From: Synergistales bacterium
GTDB taxonomy: Bacteria > Synergistota > Synergistia > Synergistales > JAFGMB01
NCBI GenBank assembly: GCA_963666205.1
Contig: OY762654.1
Span: 704,001 to 768,000 of the forward strand
Length of the DNA: 64,000 nucleotides
Reading direction: 5' to 3'
Under the pieces are notes generated by a model. The model did no database searches, was not told the DNA's origin, and saw only the letters and a list, made by a program, of their open reading frames with translations. The translations under genes and the position numbers were made by a program. Of the stretch, positions 30,180 to 39,875 are shown one piece after another; the first letter of the stretch is position 1, and each line of letters begins with the position of its first letter.

Positions 30180-30338
30180 ATGGTCATGGAACAAAAGGAA
30201 CTGAAAAGAACCAGGTGTGAGGTATACTCTAGAGTGGTAGGCTATCTGACCCCGGTATCACAATGGAACAAAGGGAAAAAAGCTGAATTCAGAGACAGGA
30301 AAACCTTTGACAGTATTCTGGATGATATCAAGAAATAA
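30180..30338 (+). CDS. Stand-alone NrdD glycyl-radical domain peptide (52 aa; not in the ORF track)
   Basis: Hand translation MVMEQKELKRTRCEVYSRVVGYLTPVSQWNKGKKAEFRDRKTFDSILDDIKK. AAGGAG SD upstream; alternative start at 30186. Confidence 0.9.
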   Translation: MVMEQKELKRTRCEVYSRVVGYLTPVSQWNKGKKAEFRDRKTFDSILDDIKK

Positions 30339-30465
30339 TTTTAATCCCCTTACCTGTTCGCAGGTAGGACCGATCTGAATAGATGAATCCCTGTACCTGT
30401 TTACTGTCGGCTATACTGTGGATCATCAAGTTTGAAGATGTAGCTTTTCGGAGGGGTAACTCAAT

Positions 30466-31239
30466 ATGAACTTTGCTGTGCTAGATCTTGAAACAAACGG
30501 TTTTAAAGGCACATCAGCAGTTTCAGCTTCATCCATTGTCTTTGACGAAAACGGAATAATTCTGAACTTTTTTAACAGGTATTACTATCCCACCGAAAGG
30601 CCTGATTATGGGGCTATAAGGGTTCATGGCCTTGACCCTTCAAGAATTACCTGGCTCAGAAAGGGGTATTCCTATCCAGAATATTTTTCTGATGACTGGG
30701 ACAGCCTCAGTTTGTTCTGGGAACATCACCATGTTGAAGCTATAACAGTACACAACCTTGGTTTTGACACATCTTTTATTCCCGACTCTGCAAAAAAGGA
30801 CCGTAAATGGTGGTGTTCCATGCTCGGACTTACCGACTTCTGTAAAATTCCGGGCAAAAATGGGCAATATAAATGGCCTAAACTCGAAGAGGCAAAAAAG
30901 ATCACGATGAATACCTTCAGTGCTGATGCCAATGTCCTAAGCACTGAAAGGGCAATATCCAGTCACATATGCCATAACTCTCTCAGCGACTGTATGGATC
31001 TTTACTCTATCTTTATAAGGATATGGAAAAACAGACCGGATCTCGTGAAATTCGCTTTTATAAAAAAAATGTTCATTCAGGCTAAATGGGAAAAATATGA
31101 ATGGGACCACTGTTGTGAACCTGACCGACATATATGGTCTGCCCTTCAGTTAAGTCTGGAAATAGCCCGACTTGCCGGTCTGGAAAAGAAAGAACGAAAA
31201 ATAATCCGCTCTCTGGAAGATCTATTTCCCGAGAGTTAA
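30466..31239 (+). CDS. DEDDh (DnaQ-like) 3'-5' exonuclease family protein
   Basis: VLDLETNG (Exo I), VHG, HNLGFD (Exo II), KWPKL, HNSLSD (Exo III). Confidence 0.8.
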   Translation: MNFAVLDLETNGFKGTSAVSASSIVFDENGIILNFFNRYYYPTERPDYGAIRVHGLDPSRITWLRKGYSYPEYFSDDWDSLSLFWEHHHVEAITVHNLGFDTSFIPDSAKKDRKWWCSMLGLTDFCKIPGKNGQYKWPKLEEAKKITMNTFSADANVLSTERAISSHICHNSLSDCMDLYSIFIRIWKNRPDLVKFAFIKKMFIQAKWEKYEWDHCCEPDRHIWSALQLSLEIARLAGLEKKERKIIRSLEDLFPES

Positions 31240-32732
31240 GACTTCCTCCTGCTCTGCGGAACAAGAGGAGCCATTTCGCGTTCAGGGAAATCATGCAATT
31301 CCCTGTTCATCGAAGCTCTTAGAAAATTGTTCACCCACCAGAATACATCCCTTCTTTTGATAGAACGTCTCATTGAAGACATTCTGTTATATTTTTCTTT
31401 TTCTGACATTGTAAAAGCCCTGAATATTGCATCGGCGGTACCTTCCCTGTCATAGGGATTCACCAGGAGAGCATTCTTTTTGAGTTGTGATGCGGAACCT
31501 GCAAACTCACTCAGGATCAGAACTCCATCATTATTTATGCGAGAAGCACAATACTCTTTGGATACCAGGTTCATCCCGTCCTTTAAAGAAGTTACGAGAG
31601 CTATATCTGCAGTTCGATACATGGCTATGAGTTCTTCCTTTGAAACAGATCTGTGGGCATACCGAACCGGCATCCAGTCGTGAGTTGAAAATTCTCCGTT
31701 TATCTGACTTATAAGCTGCTCGATGTCTCCTTTCAGATCCCTATAAGCTGGAACATCCTCCCTGCTGGGAACAAGCAACTGTAAAAGAGTGATTTTCCCC
31801 CTTAACTGTGGATACCTTTCCAGTACTGTTCTATAAGCCTGAAGTTTCTGAGGTATTCCTTTTGTATAATCCAGCCTGTCCACTCCGAGAATAAGCCTGC
31901 TTCCGCCAATACTATCCCTGCTGAACTCATTTATTCTCTCTTTGACACTCCTGGAGGCAGCAAGATCAGCAAAACTTGTAAAGTCAATACTTATGGGAAG
32001 ACTTGCCAATCTGACAGATCGTCCAAAGGCCTCTACTGTGACTACAGGCCCCCTGCCATGAATTTTAGTATCTGGATCAAATATCCGCAGGCAGTCGATA
32101 AAGTTTCTACGGTCCCTCCAGGTCTGAAATCCTACAAGCATGTATTCCATAAGGTCTTTTACCAGTTCCTGTCTCCATGGAAGCTTCAGGAGAATATCCC
32201 TTGGCGGAAACGTTATGTGCAGGAAAAAGAAACATTTACGATCCTCTTTGTTTTCCCTCAAACAACGGGCCAGAGGTATAAGATGGTAATCATTGACCCA
32301 TAAAAAGTCATTACTGTTACTATGCTTAGTCACTACTTCGGCAAAGATATGGTTTACAACGTTATAAGCTTTCCAGTAGGGTGGATAAAAATAACAGATA
32401 TTCTGGAGATCATGAAAAAGAGGCCATATTATTTCATTGGAAAAACCATGGTAATAGTTATCCACTTCTTCCCTGTTCAAAAGGATGGGTATCAGACGAT
32501 ATCCCATTTCCTTTGAAGCAGGCCCCATAAGGGTCTTCAAGACCTTCAGGTCAAGATCTTCCCTGGCTGTACCCGTCCATCCTATCCAGAAACCGCCTCT
32601 GTCTTTTATTACTGGACTTAAAGCAGTTACAAGACCACCGGAACTCTGCCTGGTTTTCCATTCTCCCTCTTCTTTGAATAAAGAAACCGGGAGGCGGTTA
32701 GATATCACTATAAGCCGCATTCCTTCCTTCAA
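31236..32732 (-). CDS. otsA: Trehalose-6-phosphate synthase (GT20)
   Basis: SNRLP, GGLVTAL, WIGW, DYHL, GVDRLDYTKG, DGMNLV.KEY, LSEFAG. Confidence 0.88.
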   Translation of the reverse strand: MKEGMRLIVISNRLPVSLFKEEGEWKTRQSSGGLVTALSPVIKDRGGFWIGWTGTAREDLDLKVLKTLMGPASKEMGYRLIPILLNREEVDNYYHGFSNEIIWPLFHDLQNICYFYPPYWKAYNVVNHIFAEVVTKHSNSNDFLWVNDYHLIPLARCLRENKEDRKCFFFLHITFPPRDILLKLPWRQELVKDLMEYMLVGFQTWRDRRNFIDCLRIFDPDTKIHGRGPVVTVEAFGRSVRLASLPISIDFTSFADLAASRSVKERINEFSRDSIGGSRLILGVDRLDYTKGIPQKLQAYRTVLERYPQLRGKITLLQLLVPSREDVPAYRDLKGDIEQLISQINGEFSTHDWMPVRYAHRSVSKEELIAMYRTADIALVTSLKDGMNLVSKEYCASRINNDGVLILSEFAGSASQLKKNALLVNPYDREGTADAIFRAFTMSEKEKYNRMSSMRRSIKRRDVFWWVNNFLRASMNRELHDFPEREMAPLVPQSRRKS

Positions 32733-33411
32733 TTATTACACCTCTCTTGTTGGAGCAACCAAATATACTGTATTTTAAATTTCTGTCTCGGAATTTCCAT
32801 TATTTCCCTTGAAAACAAAACGCCTTACAGAAAAGAGCTTTGTGATGTAAGTACTTCCAGGCAGATCCCCATGGACAGACTGGGAAAGGACAATCACCTT
32901 TTTTGTATTCAGCGCTGTGGTTTTGTATTAATATGCTCCTTAGGATGGTCCACTGAACCTTGAACCGGTAAAATGGATAATTATCTGTAATCTTATTCCT
33001 TACGAATTCCTTCAATTTCGAGTTTGTATTTTGATATGACCTCTGCAAAAAACATCTACAGAGCTTATTCGATCCTGATAATGCTACTGATGATAACCAT
33101 CTATATAGTGATAAAAGTTTATCTCGTGATAATAGGGGAATTACTTATTATCTTTCATTAAAGTGGGACTGATATAGGAGTTATTGTTGTGTAGAGATAA
33201 TATATTAAACAGACCTTATAATAAGAATAGCAGAAAAACATTGTTTTATAAAGGAACATAAAGAAACATGACTACGCAATGTGCATTTGAGATGGTATAT
33301 TTTTATTTGAAATAGAAAGAATGAATTGCTGGCATATAAAGTGTTATGGATTGAAATAATGATATCCAGGACTGCAATGATATTACAGAGGTCAGGGAAA
33401 GGAGATGCTTT

Positions 33412-34404
33412 TTGAAATACATAGAAAATCTTTCAAAAGATCCATACTTAAATCTGGCCATGGAGGAATATCTTTTTAATAATCTGAAATCCGGAGATGA
33501 TGGATATTTCCTTCTTTGGCAAAATGAACCTACAATCGTGGTTGGGAGGTTTCAGAATACCCTTGAGGAGATCAATGGAGATTTTGTAAGGTCCAGAAAG
33601 GTAAATGTGGTCAGGCGCATTTCAGGAGGCGGAGCTGTATATCATGATCAAGGTAACCTTAACTATACATTTATAGTACATTCCAAGACAGATAATCCAT
33701 TTGACTTTGCTTTCTATACAAGACCCATTGTTGAAATTCTAAATCGACTTGGCGTCAATGCAGCATTCACAAGCCGTAATGATCTCACCATTGATGGAAA
33801 GAAATTCTCCGGAAATGCCCAGTATATGAAAAAAGGAAGACTTCTGCACCACGGAACGCTTCTTTTTAATTCCGATCTGGATGTCCTGACCCAGGCTCTT
33901 AATGTATCGGAGGATAAGTTCCTTTCGAAGGGAATTAAATCAATTCGAAGCAGGGTAACCAACATACTCCCCCATCTTTCTGACGATATGGATATTTCGT
34001 CTTTCAAAAAAGTGATACTGGAAAATATTACCCATGACAATCAGGATATTGTCGAGACTACCCTGCCTGTAGAGGTTATTAAAAACATCGAAGATCTTGC
34101 TGAAAATAAATACAGGACCTGGGATTGGAATTATGGCAAATCCCCTGAATTTACGGAAAGAAAGATCCAACGCTTTGACAGCGGCAAAATCGAGGCTCTC
34201 ATAAAAGTTGAAAAGGGAATAATCCTTAGCTGTAAATTTTATGGAGATTTTTTCGGGAATGGAGATCTGGGAGATATTGAAACCCTGATTACTGGAAAAC
34301 CCTATAATAAAGACGACATGGCAAAGGCGCTGGAACACGTTCATCTGGGGCATTATTTCAGGGGAGTAGAGAAGCCTGATTTTATTGAATTTATGGCACC
34401 GTAG
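33412..34404 (+). CDS. lplA: Lipoate-protein ligase A
   Basis: NLAMEE, RRISGGGAVYHD.GN, RND....KKFSGNAQ, HHGTL, WDWNYG. Confidence 0.93.
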   Translation: MKYIENLSKDPYLNLAMEEYLFNNLKSGDDGYFLLWQNEPTIVVGRFQNTLEEINGDFVRSRKVNVVRRISGGGAVYHDQGNLNYTFIVHSKTDNPFDFAFYTRPIVEILNRLGVNAAFTSRNDLTIDGKKFSGNAQYMKKGRLLHHGTLLFNSDLDVLTQALNVSEDKFLSKGIKSIRSRVTNILPHLSDDMDISSFKKVILENITHDNQDIVETTLPVEVIKNIEDLAENKYRTWDWNYGKSPEFTERKIQRFDSGKIEALIKVEKGIILSCKFYGDFFGNGDLGDIETLITGKPYNKDDMAKALEHVHLGHYFRGVEKPDFIEFMAP

Positions 34405-34443
34405 ATAACACAAGGGGCCCTCTGAAGCGACCCCTTGTGTTAT
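34405..34443. terminator. Hairpin between convergent lplA and the E3 gene
   Basis: ATAACACAAGGGG-N13-CCCCTTGTGTTAT. Confidence 0.7.
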
Positions 34444-34470
34444 ATGGCTTATGGTAAAAAAGCATATGAA

Positions 34471-36234
34471 CTATTTTCGGGGAGGAATATGGATGGCTCC
34501 GCCATTGACATCAAGGGCTGCTTCGCCAAGAGCCTCCCCTACTGTGGGATGAGCATGAATGGTAGATACTATCTCCTCCACGGTAGCTTCCAGTCGAAGA
34601 GCCAGTGCTCCCTCAACAATAAGATCTGTCGCCCTTGGACCGACAATATGAACACCAAGTATTTCATCATATTTCCCGTCTACAACGAACTTGATCATAC
34701 CCTCTGTTTCATTCATGATGAGGCTTTTCCCGTTCGCAACAAGGGGGAACTTCCCTATTTTGACATCATAGCCTTTCTCCCTTGCTTCTTTTTCAGTCAG
34801 ACCGACACCGGCAATTTCAGGAGATGTGTAGATACACCCTGGATTGGTCTTGTAGTCCATTTTTGTTTTATGACCCATGATATTTTCTGCTGCAACTTCT
34901 CCTTCATGAGAAGCCACATGGGCAAGCATAACAGGGCTGGAACAGTCTCCTATGGAATAAATGCCTGGTTTGTTCGTACAGAGATATTCATCTACCACGA
35001 TTCGGCCACGATTCATTCTGATACCGATATTATCAAGGCCAAGTCCATCGGTCACCGGCCTTCTGCCAATTGCAACCAGTGCCTTGTCTGAAGTTATGCT
35101 GATATCTCCATCAGAAGTACTTACTGAAACAAGCACTGATTCACCATTTTTACTGAATCCTGTTACTTTTGATCCGGTATGGAATTTCACACCCTTACGG
35201 GAAAGGGAAGCTTTAATTACCTTGATTATATCTTCATCAATATTGGGTAATATCTCGGGAAGCATCTCTACTATGGTCACTCTTGTTCCCAGACTGGCAA
35301 AGATGGAAGCAAATTCCACACCGATCACTCCACCACCGATTATGGTCATGGAAGATGGTACTTCCTCAAGGGAGAGGGCCTCATTGCTGGAGATAACACC
35401 CTCGTTTTCTATACCAGGGATTGGAGGCATGGATGGTTCGGATCCAGTAGCTATGATGAAATTATCGGCAACAATGGTCTGTTCTCCTGCAACTGAGCTT
35501 ATGCGTATCTCATTTTCAGATATGAAGGATGCTTCTCCTTCAATTATCTTCACATTGTTTTTAGTAAGAAGGGTTTTTACACCTCCAACAAGCTGACCGA
35601 CTATGCTGTCTTTTCTTTTCATTAGAGAGGTCCAGTCTACTCTGACATTATCTGCCAACAGTCCGATCATGGATCCCTCTTTTACTGCATTGTACAACTC
35701 TACTGTATGGAGAAGTACCTTGGTGGGAATGCATCCCACGTTAAGACATGTACCGCCAAGATATTTTCTGTCTACAATGGTAACATCAGCGCCAAGGCGG
35801 GAAGCCCGGATTGCAGCAACATAACCGCCAGGTCCCGCTCCTATAACAACAATCTTCTTCCTGTCAGTGATTTCTTTAAGGGGCTTTTTTTCAACTTCTT
35901 CAGAAAGAGAGGATTCCTCATCAGCCGTTTTCTGCTGAGGCGCCTGGACCTGATCCTGTACCGGTTCCTCAGGTATTTCATCTCCCAGAACCTCTCCAGG
36001 CTCGGAAATGACAGCAAGGGATTCTGCCACTGCTGCTGAACCGCCTTCAGCTACCACTATCCTTGCTAATATTCCGCTTTCCGGAGCTTCTACCTCGTAG
36101 GACAGTTTATCTGTTGCTACTACTAATAGGATCTCGCCTTTTTCAACGGAATCCCCTTCATTCTTTCTCCACTCTGAAATAGTGCCCTCAGTCATTGTGA
36201 GACCTAATTTGGGCATGGTTATAGTTGTTGCCAT
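34471..36234 (-). CDS. lpdA: Dihydrolipoamide dehydrogenase (E3) with N-terminal lipoyl domain
   Basis: Lipoyl TDK motif, GAGPGGY, GGTCLNVGCIPTK, HAHPTVGE. Start set at ATG 36234. Confidence 0.93.
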   Translation of the reverse strand: MATTITMPKLGLTMTEGTISEWRKNEGDSVEKGEILLVVATDKLSYEVEAPESGILARIVVAEGGSAAVAESLAVISEPGEVLGDEIPEEPVQDQVQAPQQKTADEESSLSEEVEKKPLKEITDRKKIVVIGAGPGGYVAAIRASRLGADVTIVDRKYLGGTCLNVGCIPTKVLLHTVELYNAVKEGSMIGLLADNVRVDWTSLMKRKDSIVGQLVGGVKTLLTKNNVKIIEGEASFISENEIRISSVAGEQTIVADNFIIATGSEPSMPPIPGIENEGVISSNEALSLEEVPSSMTIIGGGVIGVEFASIFASLGTRVTIVEMLPEILPNIDEDIIKVIKASLSRKGVKFHTGSKVTGFSKNGESVLVSVSTSDGDISITSDKALVAIGRRPVTDGLGLDNIGIRMNRGRIVVDEYLCTNKPGIYSIGDCSSPVMLAHVASHEGEVAAENIMGHKTKMDYKTNPGCIYTSPEIAGVGLTEKEAREKGYDVKIGKFPLVANGKSLIMNETEGMIKFVVDGKYDEILGVHIVGPRATDLIVEGALALRLEATVEEIVSTIHAHPTVGEALGEAALDVNGGAIHIPPRK

Positions 36235-36347
36235 TTTATAAATGATCCTCCTTGATAAAATTGGAAGCAAATCGTTTCCGGATTAGAATAAGACCTTCCC
36301 TGGTAAGGAATCTCCGGTATATCCGGCCTTGACCAGGGAAGGGATAT

Positions 36348-37847
36348 CTAGACCATCAGCAGGTAGGGATTCTCGATAAGTTCCTTGATCCTGGCAAGGA
36401 ACTTTGCTGCATCTGCACCATCAAGAATACGATGATCAGCGGTAAGACCGATCATTGAAATGGGCCGGATCTCGACAGCACCATTAACAGCTACAGGTTT
36501 TTCGACAATAGCATTTACTGCCAGGATACAGGCCTCGGGAGGGTTGATAATGGGCGTAAAATCATGCATTCCGAACATTCCGAGGTTAGAGATAGTGAAG
36601 GTGCCACCCTGCATGTCATCCATGCCCAATTTGTTATTCCTTGCTTTATCAACAAGAGCATCGGTTACAGAAGCTATCTCGTAAATGCTTTTGGACTGCA
36701 CACTTTTAACATTGGGTACAAGGAGACCACCCGGAACGGCTACAGCAAGTCCTATATTCACTTCATCATGCAGAATATACTCCTGGGTCCCTTGATCATA
36801 ACTGGCATTTGCCATGGGATTCTCCATAAGGGCTTTTGCACAGACCTTCATCAGCATATCGTTAAAAGAAACCTTGGCGCCTCTGTCCGAGACTTCTTTT
36901 TTGATCTTGCTCCGGAAGGATATGAACTCGGAAAAATCCACTTCAATGTTAAAGACAACCGAGGGAATAGTAGAGGCACTGTGAGTCATGCGCTCCGCAA
37001 TGATCTTTCGCATTGGAGAAAGAGGAACCCTCTTTTCTCCTGATATCGAAAGAACTGGTGATTTTCCTGGTTGAATTTCACTGCATGATTTTTCAGCAGT
37101 AGTTCCAATACCAGCAGCCTGCATTACATCTTCTTTCATGACCCTTCCATCCTTACCTATGGCCGCAATATCAATACCAAGGTCTTCAGCCATTCTGGAG
37201 GCAACGGGAGATGTCTTTGTGATACGGCCCTTCTGTGCTTCTATGTAAAGCAGAACATCCTGGTTAACTGTTCTCCCATCAGGTCCGGTACCTGGAATAT
37301 CCGTTATATCAAGCCCGCCATCCCTGGCTGTTCTCTTCGCAAGAGGAGATGCCTTGAACTTTTGTGCGGCCTTCATAACATCGTCTTTCACTACCCTGCC
37401 TTCAGGACCGGTACCATAGATAAGGGAGAGATCAAGATTGAATATACGTGCCCATTTCCTGGCAAGCGGCGAAGCCTTAACCGGTCCGGATGAAAGGGGT
37501 TTTTCTGTTACTGCTGTCATTTCTGCAACTGGTACCGGTTCTTCGGCCACTTCACCGGGCTGCTCAGTTCCTGACACTTCTTCGGCATGAGAAACCTCGA
37601 CATTTTCACCAGGCTCACCTATTGCCGCAATGTTCTCCCCAACTGGGGCAGATTCACCTTCTGAGATAAAAATGTCAAGTAGTACGCCATCTTCAGGAGC
37701 TTCAACCTCATAAGTTAATTTATCAGTTGCCACAACCAGGATGATCTCGCCTTTCTTTACCTCATCCCCCTTCCTCTTGGACCAGGATGAGATTGTGCCT
37801 TCGGTCATGGTCAAACCCAGTTTGGGCATAGTTACAAGTGTAGCCAT
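36348..37847 (-). CDS. Dihydrolipoamide acyltransferase (E2, AcoC-like)
   Basis: One lipoyl domain, three subunit-binding repeats, GGTFTISNLG, DHRILDG. Confidence 0.92.
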   Translation of the reverse strand: MATLVTMPKLGLTMTEGTISSWSKRKGDEVKKGEIILVVATDKLTYEVEAPEDGVLLDIFISEGESAPVGENIAAIGEPGENVEVSHAEEVSGTEQPGEVAEEPVPVAEMTAVTEKPLSSGPVKASPLARKWARIFNLDLSLIYGTGPEGRVVKDDVMKAAQKFKASPLAKRTARDGGLDITDIPGTGPDGRTVNQDVLLYIEAQKGRITKTSPVASRMAEDLGIDIAAIGKDGRVMKEDVMQAAGIGTTAEKSCSEIQPGKSPVLSISGEKRVPLSPMRKIIAERMTHSASTIPSVVFNIEVDFSEFISFRSKIKKEVSDRGAKVSFNDMLMKVCAKALMENPMANASYDQGTQEYILHDEVNIGLAVAVPGGLLVPNVKSVQSKSIYEIASVTDALVDKARNNKLGMDDMQGGTFTISNLGMFGMHDFTPIINPPEACILAVNAIVEKPVAVNGAVEIRPISMIGLTADHRILDGADAAKFLARIKELIENPYLLMV

Positions 37848-38001
37848 GCTTAGTCCTCCTTATAACGTTTCTTCAGTTAATGCATATTACATATTCCTGT
37901 TACTTCCGGCAGAATACATCCATATATACAAAGTCCTGCCACATCTATTTTGGGACTACTTCTCTGAACACACAATTCATGAAGGCTCCGGGATATTGAC
38001 A

Positions 38002-39054
38002 CTAACCTTCGACCCATGGATCAAGTATAACTTTGCATGCCTTACCCTCTTTTAACAACTCAAATCCCTTCTCAAACTGCTCAAGGGGGAGGACATGGGT
38101 CACGATCGGTTTAAGGTTAAGAAGGTTTCCGGCCATAAGATTTTCCATTACAGTCCAGGTTTCAAACATCTTTCTGCCATGAATACCGATTATCTTGGCT
38201 TCCTTGAAAATAACATCGGAAACAAGATCGATCTCAAAGGTTTTCGACGGAAGACCGATCAGGGCGACTCTTCCTCCCTTTCGGAGGAATTTAAAAGCAT
38301 CAGCGATAGCCTTGACGTTACCGGAAGCATCTATGAAAGCATCCACCCCTACTCCCCCTGTTATTTCCATAACAGAGGACACCACATCGCAATTCATGGG
38401 ATTGAGCAGATTACTGGCACCCAGTTCCTTTGCAATAGCAAGTCTGTCCTCGGAAACATCGGTAACGATGATCCTGCAGGCTCCCATGGCTTTAAGAGCG
38501 GTAACCACACCGAGTCCGATAGGGCCGCAGCCTATGACGGCAACATTGGAACCGGAACAGACCACTTCCTGGGCCGCTCGTACACTTGTGCCCAGAGGTT
38601 CCATCATTGCCCCGAACTCCCAGGGGATCTCATCCGGGATCTTTCTGGCGCATATTTCGGTGAGTAAAGCATATTGTGCAAAGCAACCATTACAATGAAC
38701 ACCAAAAAGATTCATGTTTGCACAGATATGCTGTTGTCCGTTCATGCACTGGTAGCACTTGCCACACGGGCCATGGGTTTCCCCAGAGACCCTGTCTCCG
38801 ATCGAAAGATTTTTTACGGCAGATCCTGTTTTGGCAACCTCGCCACTGAATTCATGCCCCATTATCTGGGGAACCGATCTTACTGCTTTCCTGGCCCATT
38901 CATTCCACGCGTAAATATGCACATCGGTCCCACAAATAGCTGTAGCCTTTACCTTGACCAGGACTTCCCCGGGACCCGGTTCCGGGATATCCACACTTTG
39001 AAAAACTGCCCCCGGTTCTGCAGCCGCCTTGACGACCGCTTTCATCTTACTCAT
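38002..39054 (-). CDS. Zn-dependent alcohol dehydrogenase, threonine-3-dehydrogenase-like
   Basis: ICGTD.HIY.W, GHEF, CGKCYQC..G..HIC, G.GPIG, GIHGRKMFETW. Confidence 0.85.
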   Translation of the reverse strand: MSKMKAVVKAAAEPGAVFQSVDIPEPGPGEVLVKVKATAICGTDVHIYAWNEWARKAVRSVPQIMGHEFSGEVAKTGSAVKNLSIGDRVSGETHGPCGKCYQCMNGQQHICANMNLFGVHCNGCFAQYALLTEICARKIPDEIPWEFGAMMEPLGTSVRAAQEVVCSGSNVAVIGCGPIGLGVVTALKAMGACRIIVTDVSEDRLAIAKELGASNLLNPMNCDVVSSVMEITGGVGVDAFIDASGNVKAIADAFKFLRKGGRVALIGLPSKTFEIDLVSDVIFKEAKIIGIHGRKMFETWTVMENLMAGNLLNLKPIVTHVLPLEQFEKGFELLKEGKACKVILDPWVEG

Positions 39055-39072
39055 GAAACAATACCCCTTTCA

Positions 39073-39837
39073 TCAGTTATCGCGCATTATTCCACCGTCA
39101 ACATCAGTGATCTCACCGGTTACATGGCTGGCCAGATCTGATGCCAGGAAAACCACCATGTTCGCAATATCCTGTGGTTGGCCGAACTTGCCCAGGGGAA
39201 CACCACTCAGGATACGTTTCCTGTTCTCATCATCAAGACCGGAAAGCATAGAGGTTTCTATAGGACCAGGGCAAATTGCATTAACATTGATACCGTATTT
39301 GCCGGCTTCTCTGGCTATTCCCTTGGTAAGAGCAATTACACCAGCTTTTGATGTTCCATAAAGAGTATTTCCGAAGAATCCTCCGCCTTTTTTGCCTGCT
39401 ATTGAAGCGATATTTACTATCTTTCCATATCTCTGCTCTATCATTATCGGCAAAACGGCATAACAGGTACTGTATACACCCTTTAGATTTACTGCCATGA
39501 TCAGATCCCATTCTTTCTCTGATGTTTCCAGAAAAGGATTGGGAGAAACTATTCCGGCATTGTTGACAAGGATATCTATACGACCTAGTTTACTCTGGAT
39601 ATCTTCCACAATATTTTTGACCTGTCCCATGTCGGTAACATCCGCTTTATATACGAAGGCCTCTCCGCCTTTTTCAAGGATAGCATCCTTTGTGGAATTG
39701 GCTCCCTCTTCGTTCATATCCAGTATAACCACCCTGGCTCCACATTCCGCAAGGGAAATCGCAATAGCCTGTCCTATCCCTCTTGCTGCCCCGGTAATTA
39801 CTGCAACTTTATCGGAGAAATTAAATTCCATAGTCAA
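39073..39837 (-). CDS. Short-chain dehydrogenase/reductase
   Basis: TGAARGIG, NNAG, YGTSK, VDGG. Confidence 0.9.
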   Translation of the reverse strand: MTMEFNFSDKVAVITGAARGIGQAIAISLAECGARVVILDMNEEGANSTKDAILEKGGEAFVYKADVTDMGQVKNIVEDIQSKLGRIDILVNNAGIVSPNPFLETSEKEWDLIMAVNLKGVYSTCYAVLPIMIEQRYGKIVNIASIAGKKGGGFFGNTLYGTSKAGVIALTKGIAREAGKYGINVNAICPGPIETSMLSGLDDENRKRILSGVPLGKFGQPQDIANMVVFLASDLASHVTGEITDVDGGIMRDN

Positions 39838-39875
39838 ACCTCCAGGTAAAATGTCTTATTAAGAAGCTTTGAAGG

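Noticed and set aside
32800-33048. 82-aa minus-strand ORF upstream of otsA
   Set aside because: No SD or recognisable motifs; probably spurious.
38002-39054. Firm call as tdh
   Set aside because: It is Tdh-like, but no kbl is adjacent and the context suggests another substrate.
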